Shown: positions 1 through 14,761 of the stretch, piece by piece
How the letters are laid out: every line of letters starts with the position of its first letter
Numbering within the stretch: the first letter of the stretch is position 1
Source of the DNA: Chrysomallon squamiferum
Lineage: Eukaryota; Animalia; Mollusca
DNA: 64,000 bases
Reading direction: 5' to 3'
NCBI GenBank assembly: GCA_012295275.1
Contig: CM022679.1
Coordinates: forward strand, 8,308,001 to 8,372,000
Program-made: the position numbers and the translations under genes
The notes under the pieces: model-generated
Told to the model about the DNA's origin: nothing
The model's database searches: none
Seen by the model: only the letters and a program-made list of their open reading frames with translations

Positions 1-1272
1 ACTTATTTTAAAATATTAATCACTAAAATTATTCAGTTTTAAGCCTTTTTTCAATTACTGATATTGGAAAGTTGGTTAATTCAAATTACCAGATCTGTTT
101 TGAATTGGAATATTTATTAATTATCCAAAAGTGTATAAAAACTATTACTTGTTACAAAATCAGAGATATTTAACAACTTATGACTAGATTGTTTTCAATA
201 CAAAATGTCTTCTTTTTTATCTTTTTTTTTTTTAAAATTATGAAAATTATGAAAAAAGAATTTAATACTTTTACTGTTAAAAAAAATCTCCAACATTTAA
301 CAAGTTTTAACTGAATTTTTAACATTTTAAAATTGCTTCTTGAAAATTATGAAAATTATTAAATAATATTATTATTATTCTTATCATCACTGGTTACAAA
401 AATCTCTGAGATTTAACATCAAACAGAAGAAAAGGTCAACGGATTTCTCGATGTTAAAACTGCGGCTATTTTGGGGGATTCTGTTTAATGATTTTTATGG
501 TTTGGGGTGAGAGATACGACGGCCGTATTTCTCAGTTCCGTAATGATCTGCGAGTTCCCCAGATTAGCTGAGTACACAGGCTTTACGCATAATCTGGCGA
601 TCAATAGGAGCCAATCAGGACAATTTGTTAACGACGACACCAAATACAACACTCGCAGTTTGTCAGTTTAAACACACGCGGAATCAATACACAGCTAGAT
701 GACACCCAACTAGACACTTGGTAACACAAGAAACGAACAAAAAAAACCCCCAGAAAATTGAGACAAAATATAAAAAAAAAAAAAGAAAAAAAAAAAAAAA
801 AAAAAAAAAAAAGCAGATGAAAGAAAAATTAAAAAAAAAGAAATAATGAAAAAAAAAAAAAAAAAAAAAAAAAATAGAAAAATGAAGAAAAAAAAAAAGA
901 TGAATAAACCTGTATTATATAAAAAATTAAAAAGATAAAATAAAATAAAATAAAAAGCTGAATAAACAATTTTCTAACTTAATATAAGAATTTAAATATT
1001 TATGGAAATGAATGCAGAATTATTAGTCTGTTGAATTAAGTATGGTTATTATTAAGTAAATAAAAATAAAACTGCATCTAACAAAAATAATTTTAATATT
1101 AACTGAAGTTGTATATAATTGGAGAGTAATAACAGAATATTTATTGACTTGTGCTAGACGATACAAACATTTTATAAGAAATTAGAGAATCTTTTCAAAA
1201 CCCAGCTTGTCTGGTAATAAAATAAATATAGACACACACACACAAACACACAAACACACATAAACACACACA

Positions 1273-1314
<42 letters not shown>

Positions 1315-1350
1315 ACAGATATAAAAATATCAATGAAGTAAGTAACCTAC

Positions 1351-1425
1351 CTGTTTTCTGTAAATATAAGCTATGATTCCAATTGTCACTTGGATAAGAA
1401 AAACAATTACAGTCACCACCAGAAA
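1351..1425 (-). CDS. TSPAN15: Tetraspanin coding exon 3 (TM3, 25 aa)
   Basis: atttcag|TTT CTG GTG...AAA CAG|GTAGGT; 75 nt; FLVVTVIVFLIQVTIGIIAYIYRKQ. Confidence 0.85.
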
Positions 1426-3626
1426 CTGAAATATAACAATATTAATTATTACAAATTCTAATTTAAAACAACATTAATCATTAGAAATTCTAAATTAAAA
1501 ACAACATTAATCATTACAAATTCTAAATTAAAACAACATTAATCATTAGATATTCTAAATTAAAACAATATTAATTATTAGAAATTCTAAATTAAAATAA
1601 TATCAGACACTAGAAATTCTAAATTAAAACAATATTAATTATAAGAAATTCTAAATTATAACAATATTATTTATTAGAAATTCTAAATTATAACAATATT
1701 AATCATTAGAAATTCTAAATTAAAACATTAATCATTAGAAATTTAAATTAAAACAATATTAATCATTAGAAATTTTAAATTAAAACAACATTAATTATTA
1801 AAAATTCTAAATTAAAACAATATTAACCATTGTGATAAAATAAAATTTCAAACCAATATAAGTAACCATTATGAACTGAAATTTCAAATTCAATATTCAT
1901 CACCATTAATATTATAAACTTAAATTTAAAACCTAATATTAGAAACTAGAAATGTTATCTTAAATCAGTATTAGACACATTTAAAATCTAATATTAGTCA
2001 GCATTATAAATTGGAATATAAAATACAATATTAGTGATTTTCATAGTCACAGAGATTACCATTTAAAACACAAAATGTCACTAACAGAAAATTAAAATTT
2101 TATTTTATTTTATTTTTATTTTTTTTTTGTTAATCAACATTAAAAAATGTTAAATGTAAAACAAGCTCCTGTGAGAACTGGAAATTTACAAAACTGTAAT
2201 AAATAAAAAATAAATTAAATACATTATTATAAATTAATTCTTAAAATGTAATATTGTTCACCACTAAAATTGCCATAAAATACTGGTTAAAAAAAAAATA
2301 ATAATCTTAAAAATTTAACAATATAAGCTTCAAAAATAAATTTATAACATAAAAGTGATTTTTACTGAGAAGTGTCACAAAAGCCATAAATTACTCTCAA
2401 TAATTTATTTTTTTAATAAAAATAACCTCTATATTTTAAATTCACAGATTTACACTATCATGAAACACATGTGTAAAAAGTGATTTATCTTACAAGCAAA
2501 TGTCTGTGGAGAGGACAAACAAAAAAAAAAATAAAAAAAAAATAAAAAAATGACCCTAACAATAATCAGTGTTTAAAACAGAAACTCTTAAACCATTTTA
2601 TCATATTATCATTTTTCTCAAATTATTTTTAAATAGTGAAAAACAGGCATTCCATTATTGTGACGATTTCATAAACATACAGCCCTCTGTCCATTTTAAA
2701 CATACGCTGACAAAAACCATCTGTCTTCTCAAAGGAATCCACTGCATAAAACAGATAATGAATTATTTAAAACTGATTAAGCAGTACTTATAATTCATTT
2801 ACTGTATAAACTAGATTAGGAAATATTTATAATGCATTTACTAGATCAACTGTTCCAAATGATGGATGAAATATTGAATGTTGATCTTGTTTTGTGGAAA
2901 TTTGCTGGTCATGTGAAATTTATCAGAAGATGATTGTATTTGTATTAATACCATAACTGGTTTTTGTATCATTTAACTGGGTTTGTTTTGGTGGTTTTTT
3001 GTTTAATACCATATTGTTTTATGTTGTTTAATGCAATTTAATATCGTAACTGTTTTTATTTCATTTAATAATCGTAACTGTTTTTTGTATTGTTAAATAC
3101 TGTAATTTTTGTGATGTTTAAAAAATTGTTTTTACTGTTTAATGTCATATTTATTTTTATATTGTTTAATATCAATTGCTTTTACACTGTTTAACATCGT
3201 AACTTGTTTTTTTTGTTTTTTTTATCATTTATTAGCAGAATTCTTTTAATGTGTTTACTAATTGTTTTTATATTAATATCATATTTATTTTTATATTGTA
3301 ATTTTTTAAATATCATTTGATATCATAATTATTTTTATGTTATTAAACCTCTCTGATTCATTAGGGATATTAAGTACTATCAATAGAGAGAGATAGGGCA
3401 GATAAATGGATTCTTTATTTAATATTTTGTAGATTCGTCAGTCAATGTGAAATAAAATGCAATTTCAGTATACATCTATGTTTTTGAGTGTGTATATTTA
3501 TTTGTGCCTTTGATGATTTCTTGCACATAAGAATATTGATTTAATATGATAATCGATTTTGAAATAGGTGGTAATAAAATGAGTGAACAAATTTATTGTG
3601 AGATAGAGGTTAGTTTGAAAAAATAC

Positions 3627-3659
<33 letters not shown>

Positions 3660-5518
3660 TATTATTATTATTATTATCATCAGTATTATTAATAATAAAG
3701 AAAAAATATTTCATTTTTAAAAATTTCACTAAATAAATAAATATAACAGTGTAAACAACATTTGAAAAACAAAAAAATTAAAGAAACGTCTGTCACATTT
3801 TTTTTTTTTAAATAACACCTTTATTTTATTAAATGCAAATAAATCAGAATCAACCATTTTTATTATTTAAAAATAAAAAAAAATAAAAATAAAAATAAAA
3901 ATAAAAAATAAAATAAAAAACATATATTAAATGTTGTTTTTTCTATATATATAAAACTCACCACTTTGAGAAGTGTAGGATTTTCCTTCACCGTGCCAAT
4001 GCAACCACACAGAGCTGTGATGAAGATGACAAGACCAACCAGAATCAACAATGCAACTGGCAGAGCCAAGACGATTGTCCAGAGACTGGATCTGTTGTCT
4101 CTCTATCTCCACAAACACCCCAACCACCATCAGCGCCAGCCCCACTATCTGGAAAACACATACAGAAAATGTATATAATATATATAAACAAACACCCCAA
4201 CCACCATCAGTGCCAGCCCCACTATCTGGAAAACAGAAAACAGGTATAATACAGGTATAAACAAACACCCCAACCACCATCAGCGCCAGCCCCACTATCT
4301 GAAATACAGAAAACAGGTATAATACATAGAAAATCAGCGCCAGCCCCACTATCTGAAATACATATATAATATATATAAACAAACACCCCAACCACCATCA
4401 GTGCCAGTCCCACTATCTGAAATACAGAAAACAGGTATAATATATATACACAGATACAGAAAACAGGTATATATATATAAATAAACAGATACTATCTGAA
4501 ATACAGAAAACAGGTATAATATATATAAACAGATACAGAAAACAGGTATAATATATATAAACAGATACAGAAAACAGGTATAATATATATAAACAGATAC
4601 AGAAAATATATATAATATATATTTTAAATACTTGGGTAATCAGAGAAATGTATGTTGGTTAAATTACCAAATGAATTGATATGGATGTTATTGGGAGTTT
4701 TAAGTACCACTGATAGCAAACTTTGGTAAATTACTGAAGGTTTTTTTGAGTGTATGTGTAATTTGTGTTTTATATATGTGTATGTGTGCATGTGTGTGTA
4801 TGTACATATGAGTACATAAGGGTGTATGTATGTGAATGTGTGTATGTACATGTGTGTGTCTGCATACACATGTGTATATGTGTGCATGTATATATGTGTG
4901 TATGAATGTTTATATGGAACCAGTGTCATCCATGTGTTTTTTTAAATAAAATTAGTATACAAGGAAGGGTATAATGTTCTGATATATATATATTTTTTTT
5001 AATTTTCACTACTGAGAAGTTAAACAGAATTTACTCCTATTACCTCTGCTTTAAGACACTGTTCCACCAACATTAGTGCAATGATACTCTACTTATACCA
5101 AAACTATAATTTATCTCAGTCCACAAACAGTGACAAAGTCAAAGAGATGATTGTATCAAGTATCAACAATAACATTAACAATTTCCACCCCAGATCCACC
5201 CTGTGTGTTCAGGTTACTAACAGGTGTTTCTGTGTTGAGAATTATGTACATGTAAGTTGCTTTATCTATTTTAACACAGCTGTTAAATTACAGTTATAAA
5301 GAACTGATATTGAATATAAATGTATTCGGGTACTTACAATGAAAAATAAAACACCTGAGACAGCAATAGAAAGAATCCAAAAACATTCATGTACATAAAG
5401 ACATACAGACACACAGACACTTACAAACCAACACAAATAGTCATAAACATGTATATTGACAGACATACTCACACACACACTGACACAAACATATACACAT
5501 ATACACTCTCATAACCCG

Positions 5519-5550
<32 letters not shown>

Positions 5551-6384
5551 AATACATACAAATATATATACAAACACTTATACAAACACATCTCATAAGC
5601 AGACAAAAGTACATACACTGACAGTCACACATATGTACATACAGACACACAAAAATACACACATTAACACATACACACACATAGACTATCACAAGCATAC
5701 ACACAGACACAAACACAGATACAAACACAGACACAAACACAGACATAATTTTGTCTTCAAACTTCCAGCACTCAGTTTTATCCACTCAGTTAATATTCTC
5801 AAATGTTTGAAAAAAAAGCTATAACACACAGAGAAAAATACAGAAAAGCCACATTTTTTACAGCAACCCCACTGAATTACACAAACTGAAATTTATTATT
5901 TTGAAGCCTTATAACAATTTATTATCCCAGAAATACATAAAACGTACTGACTACTGGCAGTTAATGGAACTGATAAATTAACAAAAAAAGTAATAAAAAA
6001 AAATGTTACTGCATTTAAAGGCCAGTGTTATGAAGATAGACACTGGGATAGAAGTAAAACTCTCCTCTAAATCAATAATGCACTGGATGTCTGATTTCAG
6101 TATATAAAACAGTAACACACAGAACCAACAATTCATTTCTTTCTTCTTCTTTTCCTTTTCATTCTTTCTTTCTTTCTTTCTTTCTTTTCTAGCTGCAGTA
6201 GGAGTAATAACAGATCAGACAAAGTAGTAATAATAATAATAATCTAACTGGTAATAATAATAATATTATTGTTATTTTTATTGTTATTTTTATTGTTATT
6301 TTTATTGTTATTGTTATTATTTTTGTTACCATAACTACTTCTACTGGTACTTAGTACCCAACTATTATTATTTTTTTATTGTTA

Positions 6385-6415
<31 letters not shown>

Positions 6416-8656
6416 CATCATCATCATTATTATCATTACTACAACTACATCTATCAGTACTTACAACATAACAACTCAAACGTTTTAAAATAAAGTGACC
6501 ATTTTGAAATAAAGACATTTAAATGCCGTAATGGCCTGTTTGAAGAGAACACAACTATGAGATTATTTCTGAAACAGGTTCTGTCACTGTGTTTGACGGC
6601 CAACAATGATTGCAGGAAAAAGGTAATTACACTGAGGCCTTTGTCTACGCTGTACCATAACAACTAGTCTGCAGTAAACTTAAAATGAAGTGGAATTATA
6701 ACAATTAGTCTACACAGAGTTTAAAATGAAGCGCATATATCTGATATTGAAATTCTTCTCATTCGAAAGCTTTTTAACAAGCCAATCAATTGAAAAGAGA
6801 GAAAAAAAAATTAAAAAAAATAAAACATGCATTTTATCGAACGACGAGCATATCTTTTATGTGAACTAAATATTTGCAATAAAATTATTAATAGTAGTTG
6901 TTATGTTATAACTTACAGAAAAAAAAAAAGGTCACCCAAATAATGTTTTTGGGTGACTAACACATATTTTTTTAACATCCCAGTCATCCAAAAGGAACTC
7001 TGGTCACATTTGGGGACTTGGTGATTGGCCATTTCAAGCCTTGAGAAACTATTCCTCAATCCTTTGTCAAACAGAGTATGTTCCACTACAGTGTTTTTTT
7101 AATTGATATATTGAACTTTAACACAAAATTAAATTAAATTCTCAAAAAAACAACATGATTCATATTTACCGAAGCATAACTATCCTGAAATACGTAATCA
7201 AACACAGAGAAAAAAAACCCAGCATCTGATTCTCGATGAATTGAATTAAGATGAAAAACAGATAATTAATTTGAAAAGCTTTGTCTTAAGTGTAGAAACA
7301 CACAGATACACATTAAAAAAAACCCCAACTATATTACAGTATATATTCAACTCTAATTAACTCAAACATCCAAATACACAATGAGAAACACACACAATGA
7401 GAAACAATTACTGAAATAAAGTATTGCAGACAGAAAGAGTGTTCTTAATTGACAAAATGATCAATGATTAGAATTATGGAATATTTTGTTGTTGTTTTTT
7501 TTTGAAGATAATCAGTAAATGTGAAAGCTGCATCAGACATTAATGTTACAAACCAAGACAGCCTCTATGATGTTACATCAAGCGTGATATTTAATTTACT
7601 TTAATCAATTTACTTCAGTCAAGCGTAAAGTATTTCAATATTATATTTATATAGTTTCAGGACTGAAATGTTTTATAGTTCATTCTACAATTAATTTTTT
7701 TATTTTGTTTTTTCCTCTGTATATGACTATATACCAATATTAAATTGGCATCTAAGTGTTTGTGTGTTTTTATTTGTATATTTGTATATGTGTATGTATG
7801 TGCATGTGCATGTGCGTGCGTGCATGAAAAAGAAAACAAAAAAGAGACGGCAAGAGAGAAAGAGAGATGAATTTTTCTCTAATACTAATTCAACTATTAA
7901 TTCAGATCCAGTGACTGTGTGTGGTCTAATCTGTCAAAACTGCAACTGAAATGTTTTTAAAAAACACAGAGGCATTCAGTCTGAAATGTCCATGTACAAA
8001 ATAAAAACCATGTGGAAATCCTGTAGCTGTTTTTATACATCATCAATTTTCTTTCTTTCATCATCTTTTTTTTTTTTTTTTTTTTTTTGACATCAACATC
8101 AGCGATAATGAAATGAAAGTGAACATTCAGATAAAAGGGGAAAAAAAACAAAAAAGACAGATAAATGATAGGCTTAAATTAGACAGTTTTACAGTCAGTA
8201 GTTATCTTTTTTTTTTTTTTTTGTGATGAAATTGCGTCTTGCTTTTAAATATTAAATGAACGTCCATCTCTTATCTGTTGATTTATATTTTGTCTGTCAG
8301 TCTGTCAGTATGTATGTAATGATAATAATAATAATACTTGTGGCTATGGTTAATAAAACTCTTTAACACAGATACACACACACACACATTTAAACACAAC
8401 CATAAAAACACACAGATACAATCAGAGACACAGACAAAGGGAACCCTCATGCAATCACACACACACACACACACACACAGACAGATGCACAAACAACAAG
8501 AGTCTTTATTAAGGAATATTTACACTCAGGTTTATAACTCAGTATTTAACAAGCAGTGCTATATAAAAAATAAAAAAATAAAATAAAAACATTAATAAAA
8601 AAAAAAAATAAATAAATAAATAAATAAATAAATAAAAAAAAAAAAAAAAAAATAAA

Positions 8657-8696
<40 letters not shown>

Positions 8697-11547
8697 AAAT
8701 AAAATAAAATAAAATAAAATAAAATAAAAGATTATCTAGAGGCAGCAATAAAGATGAAAATGGTTGCAGTACTGATTAAATATTTACACCGAAGAAGAAA
8801 AACAGAAAATGATTTTGTGGCTGTCTTTGTATCATGGACAAAGGCTGACACTGAAATTCTCTAAGAAGTCTTTAAACTGGCTTCCAGTTTGAGATGAAGC
8901 TATCAGACATCCACTGAAGCAGTAATAATCACAGTTTGGCTGGAACAAAGTGTGTCCTTGCCGAAGTCTTCTGTTAACCCCAATCAATATGTGTGTCTAC
9001 ATTAGCATAACACATAATCTGCATAGGCTGGATTTAGAAATCTTGTCTTTGTGTTAGAGATGTCCTAGCTACACTAATACAGATATTCCAGTTAAGTGTG
9101 TTTTCCAGTTCCACTCAGGCCATTTTATTAAAGTTTTATAAAATTGTTGCCTGTGAACACACAGATAATAAATACCATAATTAATTTTTTTATTTGTTTG
9201 TTTTAATTCATTTATTTATCATTATTATTATTATTATTATTTTTTTTTTTTACATTTCTGAAATATATAAATGAATTATGATTAAAAATTAATAAATTAT
9301 TCTTGTTTGTAAATAAATAAATAACATTTTTTAATTTGCAGATAAAATTTCAAATTCAAAAAAATAAATAAAATAGTGCCTCCATTCTGACATCAGATTT
9401 CTAGGTAATAATATTTTTAAACAAATAGAAAATAAGAAGAAATGCTTTATTCAGTGATAACCTCACTATTTTATAAATCTAAATTACAAGACATCACCAT
9501 ATCTATGTTAAGAATCATCTAACTAGAGAGAAAAACCACTGCAGTCAGTCACTTCATGGGCTATTCTCTTTATCAGCAGAAAAGATCCTCTCTATCAACC
9601 TTTCCATAGACAGGAAATAATAAATACTTCAACAGGAAATGGGTGAGTAATGGCTGCATTGACTGTGGTGGATCATGTCCTGCTCTGCTTCAGGCCAATT
9701 CTCTAACCACAAAGTTAAGGACTGACTCGAAATATGCCAGATGAAACCATAGCAAATTGGCCTTTGGTGTTCATGATGATATCAAAATGACAGCATGCAG
9801 GATTATTTTTAAACTCTTTTGATAATTAATTATTACTTAGTTATTAATTAAAACTTTTCAGCTAAAAACCCAGAATAAAACAAAGCAAAGAAATATGTAG
9901 AAAATATTTAAACTATTTCTTCGTATCACCAGAAGATACACTTCAAAAACATCCGTTTCTCAACCTCAAACAGCTGATTCTGGTGGATTAATTTAACACA
10001 GATGTTGAGTAGGCAGTTTAATCACTGACCCATCTTTAATTAATCGAGGGACAGAATGGGGACATGTCGAAGCCGACTGTTTAGGGAGATTATGCATCCA
10101 GTGTTGTCAGATGAGATCAATACAGTTTGACGAGGATGAACTGAGAGCAAGCTTGTTAAGCAGAGCCAGTATTGTTATTCAATTAACAACGTATAGGAAC
10201 TGGATTGCAGTTCACTGGCTTGGAATAATAACACTCTAATACAGTGTGTTAAAGTCTATAACCGTGTTACTTTGAAAACTGGCACAATGAACAACATGGT
10301 GCAAGAATAGTAGTACAAAGAATGTACAATACTTGAAAACTGGTATAGTTGAAAGATATTGCAGAATATTACTTGAAAACTGGTACAAAAACAGTAGTAT
10401 AAAAGAATATTCAATACTTGAAAACTGGTATAGCGGAAAAATATTGCGCAATTTTACTTGAAACTTTGTACAAGAAAAGTAGTACAAAAGAATATACAAT
10501 ACTTGAAAACTGGTATAGTGGAAAGATATTGCAGAATATTACTTGAAAGTTTGTACAAAAAAAGTAGTACATAGAATATACAATACTTGAAAACTGGTAT
10601 AGGGGAAAGATATCAAAAAATAATACTTGAAAACTGGTACAATGAAAAACATGGTACAAGAAAAATAGTACATAGCACATACAATACTTGAAAACTGGTA
10701 TAATTAAAAGATACTAATGTCTATAAATGTATTACTTGAAAACTAGTACAAAGAAAATACAATACATAAAAACTGGTACAGGGAAAAGATATTAATATTT
10801 ATAAGTATGTTACTTGAAAACTAGTACAAAGACAAGACACAACTTGAAAACTGGCATAATGGAAAGATGTTGAGGAATATTACTTGAAAATTAGTCACAG
10901 TGAAAAACAATGTTCTTGACAACTGCTAAAATGAAAACATACTGAAGTCTAAAAATATGCTGCTAGTAGGATGAAAACATAGAACTTGACTACTGGTGAG
11001 AACTGGGGCTGTGAAACTACAACATTATTTGAAAACTTTGAAAATGTGAATAACAGGGATAAGCCTTTCTAAGGAATTGTTAAGAGTGGAAACCTAGTTC
11101 ATTGAAACTAAGCAACAAAAATATCTATTAAATTCTATAACATTAAGGAGTAATATATTAAACTGTATACAATTTTATATAAATAAAATTACACTACAAT
11201 TTAAATACAATTATTTATACAGAATCCTGAAAGATTACTTCAAATTAATCTAACAATATATAAAAAAAAAAAAAAAAAAATTCTAAAATGAATCTTCAAA
11301 TATCTTAAATATATAATAAATTAATAATAATAATACTTTTTAAATAACAACAACAACAACAACCACAAAGTCTATATTGCATTCTGACATTATGACAAAA
11401 GTTCATGTACTGGCAAACAACACCTAACATGAATCAACCAAAGACAAGCAAGAAAATGAAGCCCTATTTCTATCCACTGCCTTTAAACTGATGGTCATCA
11501 AATTCTTTAAACACCCTTAACAACAACATATTGATTTTTTTTTTCTT

Positions 11548-11581
<34 letters not shown>

Positions 11582-12159
11582 ATAAAGAAATGGGTTCCAG
11601 ATATTACTAAGCATGAAAGACCAAAGAATACTATTGTTCTTTTCTGCAACAACAAATAAAATCCTAACGCGACAAAAGCAAAAAAGGTGCAGTCTTGTTT
11701 TGCCAAATCTGTGTTGTGGAGACAACAATAGATTTGCCATAAAAATAACATGGCTTCAATAAAAACAGTAAATCCAAATGTCATTTCAGTACAGCTGTTT
11801 TAATGAGAAGCCCTGGGACTGTCTGGTCAGTAATTTAGCTATGTCGGTCAGCACGAAATAAAATTAATCTGAACTGCCTGCCACCAGTGAAAATATCACC
11901 CAGTTAAAAAAAATCCCACACACACATAAAAAGGATGGTGAAGGTTACGAAGCTAAAGAAAATGTTTTATAGCAGCAGCTTCTCCCATTTGTTTGCAAAG
12001 TTGCTGATGTTTAAGGGCACAAAGTTTTCAAAATGTATCTAGTTCTAATGTGTATGTACAAATGTGTATGTATCTGTGTATATATATATTTATGTGTATG
12101 TATTTATATATGCATCTGTGTGCATATATCTGTATATGTGTTTATGTATAGGTGCATGT

Positions 12160-12199
<40 letters not shown>

Positions 12200-14546
12200 T
12201 GTATGTATGTGTGTGTGTGAGTCATTGTATTTATTTATGTTTTCAGGTAAAATAATATTCTCCACGGATAAAACACACTAATTGAATTGTTTACATAGTT
12301 TTCTTATTTATTATCTTTGTCTTTTTCGGTCCATCTGTATGTTTGTTTGTTTGTCCATTTCCCACTCTCTCTTTAACAACCAAAGTGTTAATTTTATGAG
12401 TCAGTAAAAGTTAAAAAAAAATACAAAATACAAAATTACAAACAGAAAAACGTAATTATAATATATTTATCTGTCTAGGTTATCCACTTTCTTAATTGCA
12501 TGTGAATTTAATGTGAAAATAATTAGGATGCAGAGTGTGTTTTTCCTTAGAGGTGTGGATGTTACAGAAAACAGAATCTCTATAAATTATAGATAAACAG
12601 TGTAACTTATATGTGCATGATTACTCTGTTTATTAATCTCACTGCAGATGTAGCGTGCATGTTTTTACATATGTCGCAGTCAATCAGTTAATAACATTAT
12701 TTATGTATTACGTACGTTACGTAATTCTTTACAGTGCGGCCCATTAAACACTCGTATGTTTTGATGGTAGGTAAACAGACAAAAACAGAAAATTAATGTG
12801 ATGAAATGAAATGAAACGAAACGAAATAAAATAAAATAAAATAAAATAAATACATAAATAAATAAAACAAAATAAATATAGTGTAAATAACAACAACATA
12901 CACAGCTGTATAATAAAACAAAACAGGTTTGAAATACACACACACACAAATCTATTGTACATGTGAATATTCATAAAGATTTGCTGAATGTCACTATTTT
13001 ATAAAAAGATTTCATAAAAAAACAACTTTTTAAAGAATTAAAATTGAAAATAAAAAAAAATAAAAAAATAAAAAAATAAAAATTTTAAAATATTTTTTGG
13101 GAAGAATCTGTTCTTCTTAGTTTTATATCCTAAATAACATTAAATCACATTTCACATTATATTCAATTTTTTTTCATTTCTTTTTATTAAAAAAAGATAT
13201 CTCTGAAGACCTTTTCATTGCAATTTCTTTAACCAATTCCAATTCTTTAAACCCTTTTTCATGTATTAAACATTTAAAAATATTTCAGAATCTTTCTCTC
13301 TTTTTTTAAATATTTTTTTAAAACCATGAACAACTGGAAATCAAGTTAAGTTCACTGCACAAGATTCCTTCCCCGGAGACACTGTCCATGTAATATTTAA
13401 ATCCTTCAATTTCACATTTACCACCTCTTTCACTGCCTCTCTGTTTAACAGTTTAATGTCAATTTAACACCACCTTACATTTGATTTACATAATTAGCAC
13501 CTTTAGAATACAATAAAAAGAAGAGAGAGACGCTATAAAGAAGACTGAAATTTTTAAAAAAAGGAATCTGAAATAGATGAAAGAAAAAAGAAAGATATAA
13601 ATTAGTCTGAAATAAAAAAAAGATATAAAGCAATCTTAAAAGAAAGAATATAAAGAAGTCTGAAATAAAAGAAAGGATATAAAGCAATCTTAAAAGAAAA
13701 AGAAAAAGAAAAAAAAACTCTTGTCCTGTAACAGACTGAGTAAAATGACAGTTGATGAGATTTGAAGATATTCTCGTCTGCTAATCAAATCACGGCAGCA
13801 TTGCCACATCAAATGACGGCAATGATGCTGCATCGATCAACGTCTTCACACTTTTTTTTTTTTTTTTCTACATTCTTTTCCAAATGTGTCCATTTATCTA
13901 ATCATCTACTTAGCACGTCAATTGTGCCAGAATAAACACATGGACATTAATAGAGCAAAGAAATAACAGCACTGCGACTTCAACATTCGAAATGATACCA
14001 GAGATGAATATTGTCAATTTCTCTCTCTCTTGATCTTTGCTTTTTTTTTAAATAATTTTTTTTTTTAAAGTTCTTTTTTCTTTCTTTTTTTTTTTTGGTA
14101 GCCAGCAAAGTAAGGCTTTTTTTTTCTTCTTTTTTTTCACATATAATTTTAGTGAGAAATAATTCCACAGTTTTAACTATTTAAATTCTATTTGAACAAT
14201 GACAGAATTAGCATATACAAATAGTAAGACTATTTATCCAGCAAACTTGGCACTGAAAGATTCCCACATTATTGGATTTTCCCGTTTTCTGAACCGGTAA
14301 TAAATTGTATACATAAAATATATAACAAACCATGAAAAAATAAAGAACAAAATTGTATTTAACTGCTACAAATTAATAGACAGTTTTCTGGAAGCTGGAT
14401 AAATGATCTTGTACCGTGCATCTTCTATTTGTTGGCTAGTTATTAAATTAAATAGTGGGTTCAGTTATACAAATTTATATTACAGTATGAAAGGATATAT
14501 GAAAATCTTTTATCATACGATTTTTCTAAGAATTCATGTTTACATA

Positions 14547-14585
<39 letters not shown>

Positions 14586-14717
14586 TTGAGATGATGTTGA
14601 TAATTATGATATAATAACTATAATCATTTTAATAATAATATTAATATTAATAGTAACATTTTTGATAATATTAATAGTATAAATAACAAAAACAGTAATG
14701 GTAACAGTAACAATTTC

Positions 14718-14761
<44 letters not shown>

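Noticed and set aside
4149-4225. Upstream duplicated acceptor as a rescue of the exon 2 frameshift (a 264-nt exon would be a multiple of three)
   Set aside because: The frame from this acceptor hits TAG (TTT TCC AGA TAG) at the true junction
4624-5824. His/Thr-rich and Cys/Val-rich ORFs (similar ones at 8283, 12033, 26561, 47976, 58231)
   Set aside because: Translations of degenerate (CA)n/(TG)n microsatellites
10262-11040. CRISPR-like recurrence of acttgaaaactggta
   Set aside because: The spacers are related to each other, there are no cas genes, and the context is a eukaryotic intron; it is a minisatellite
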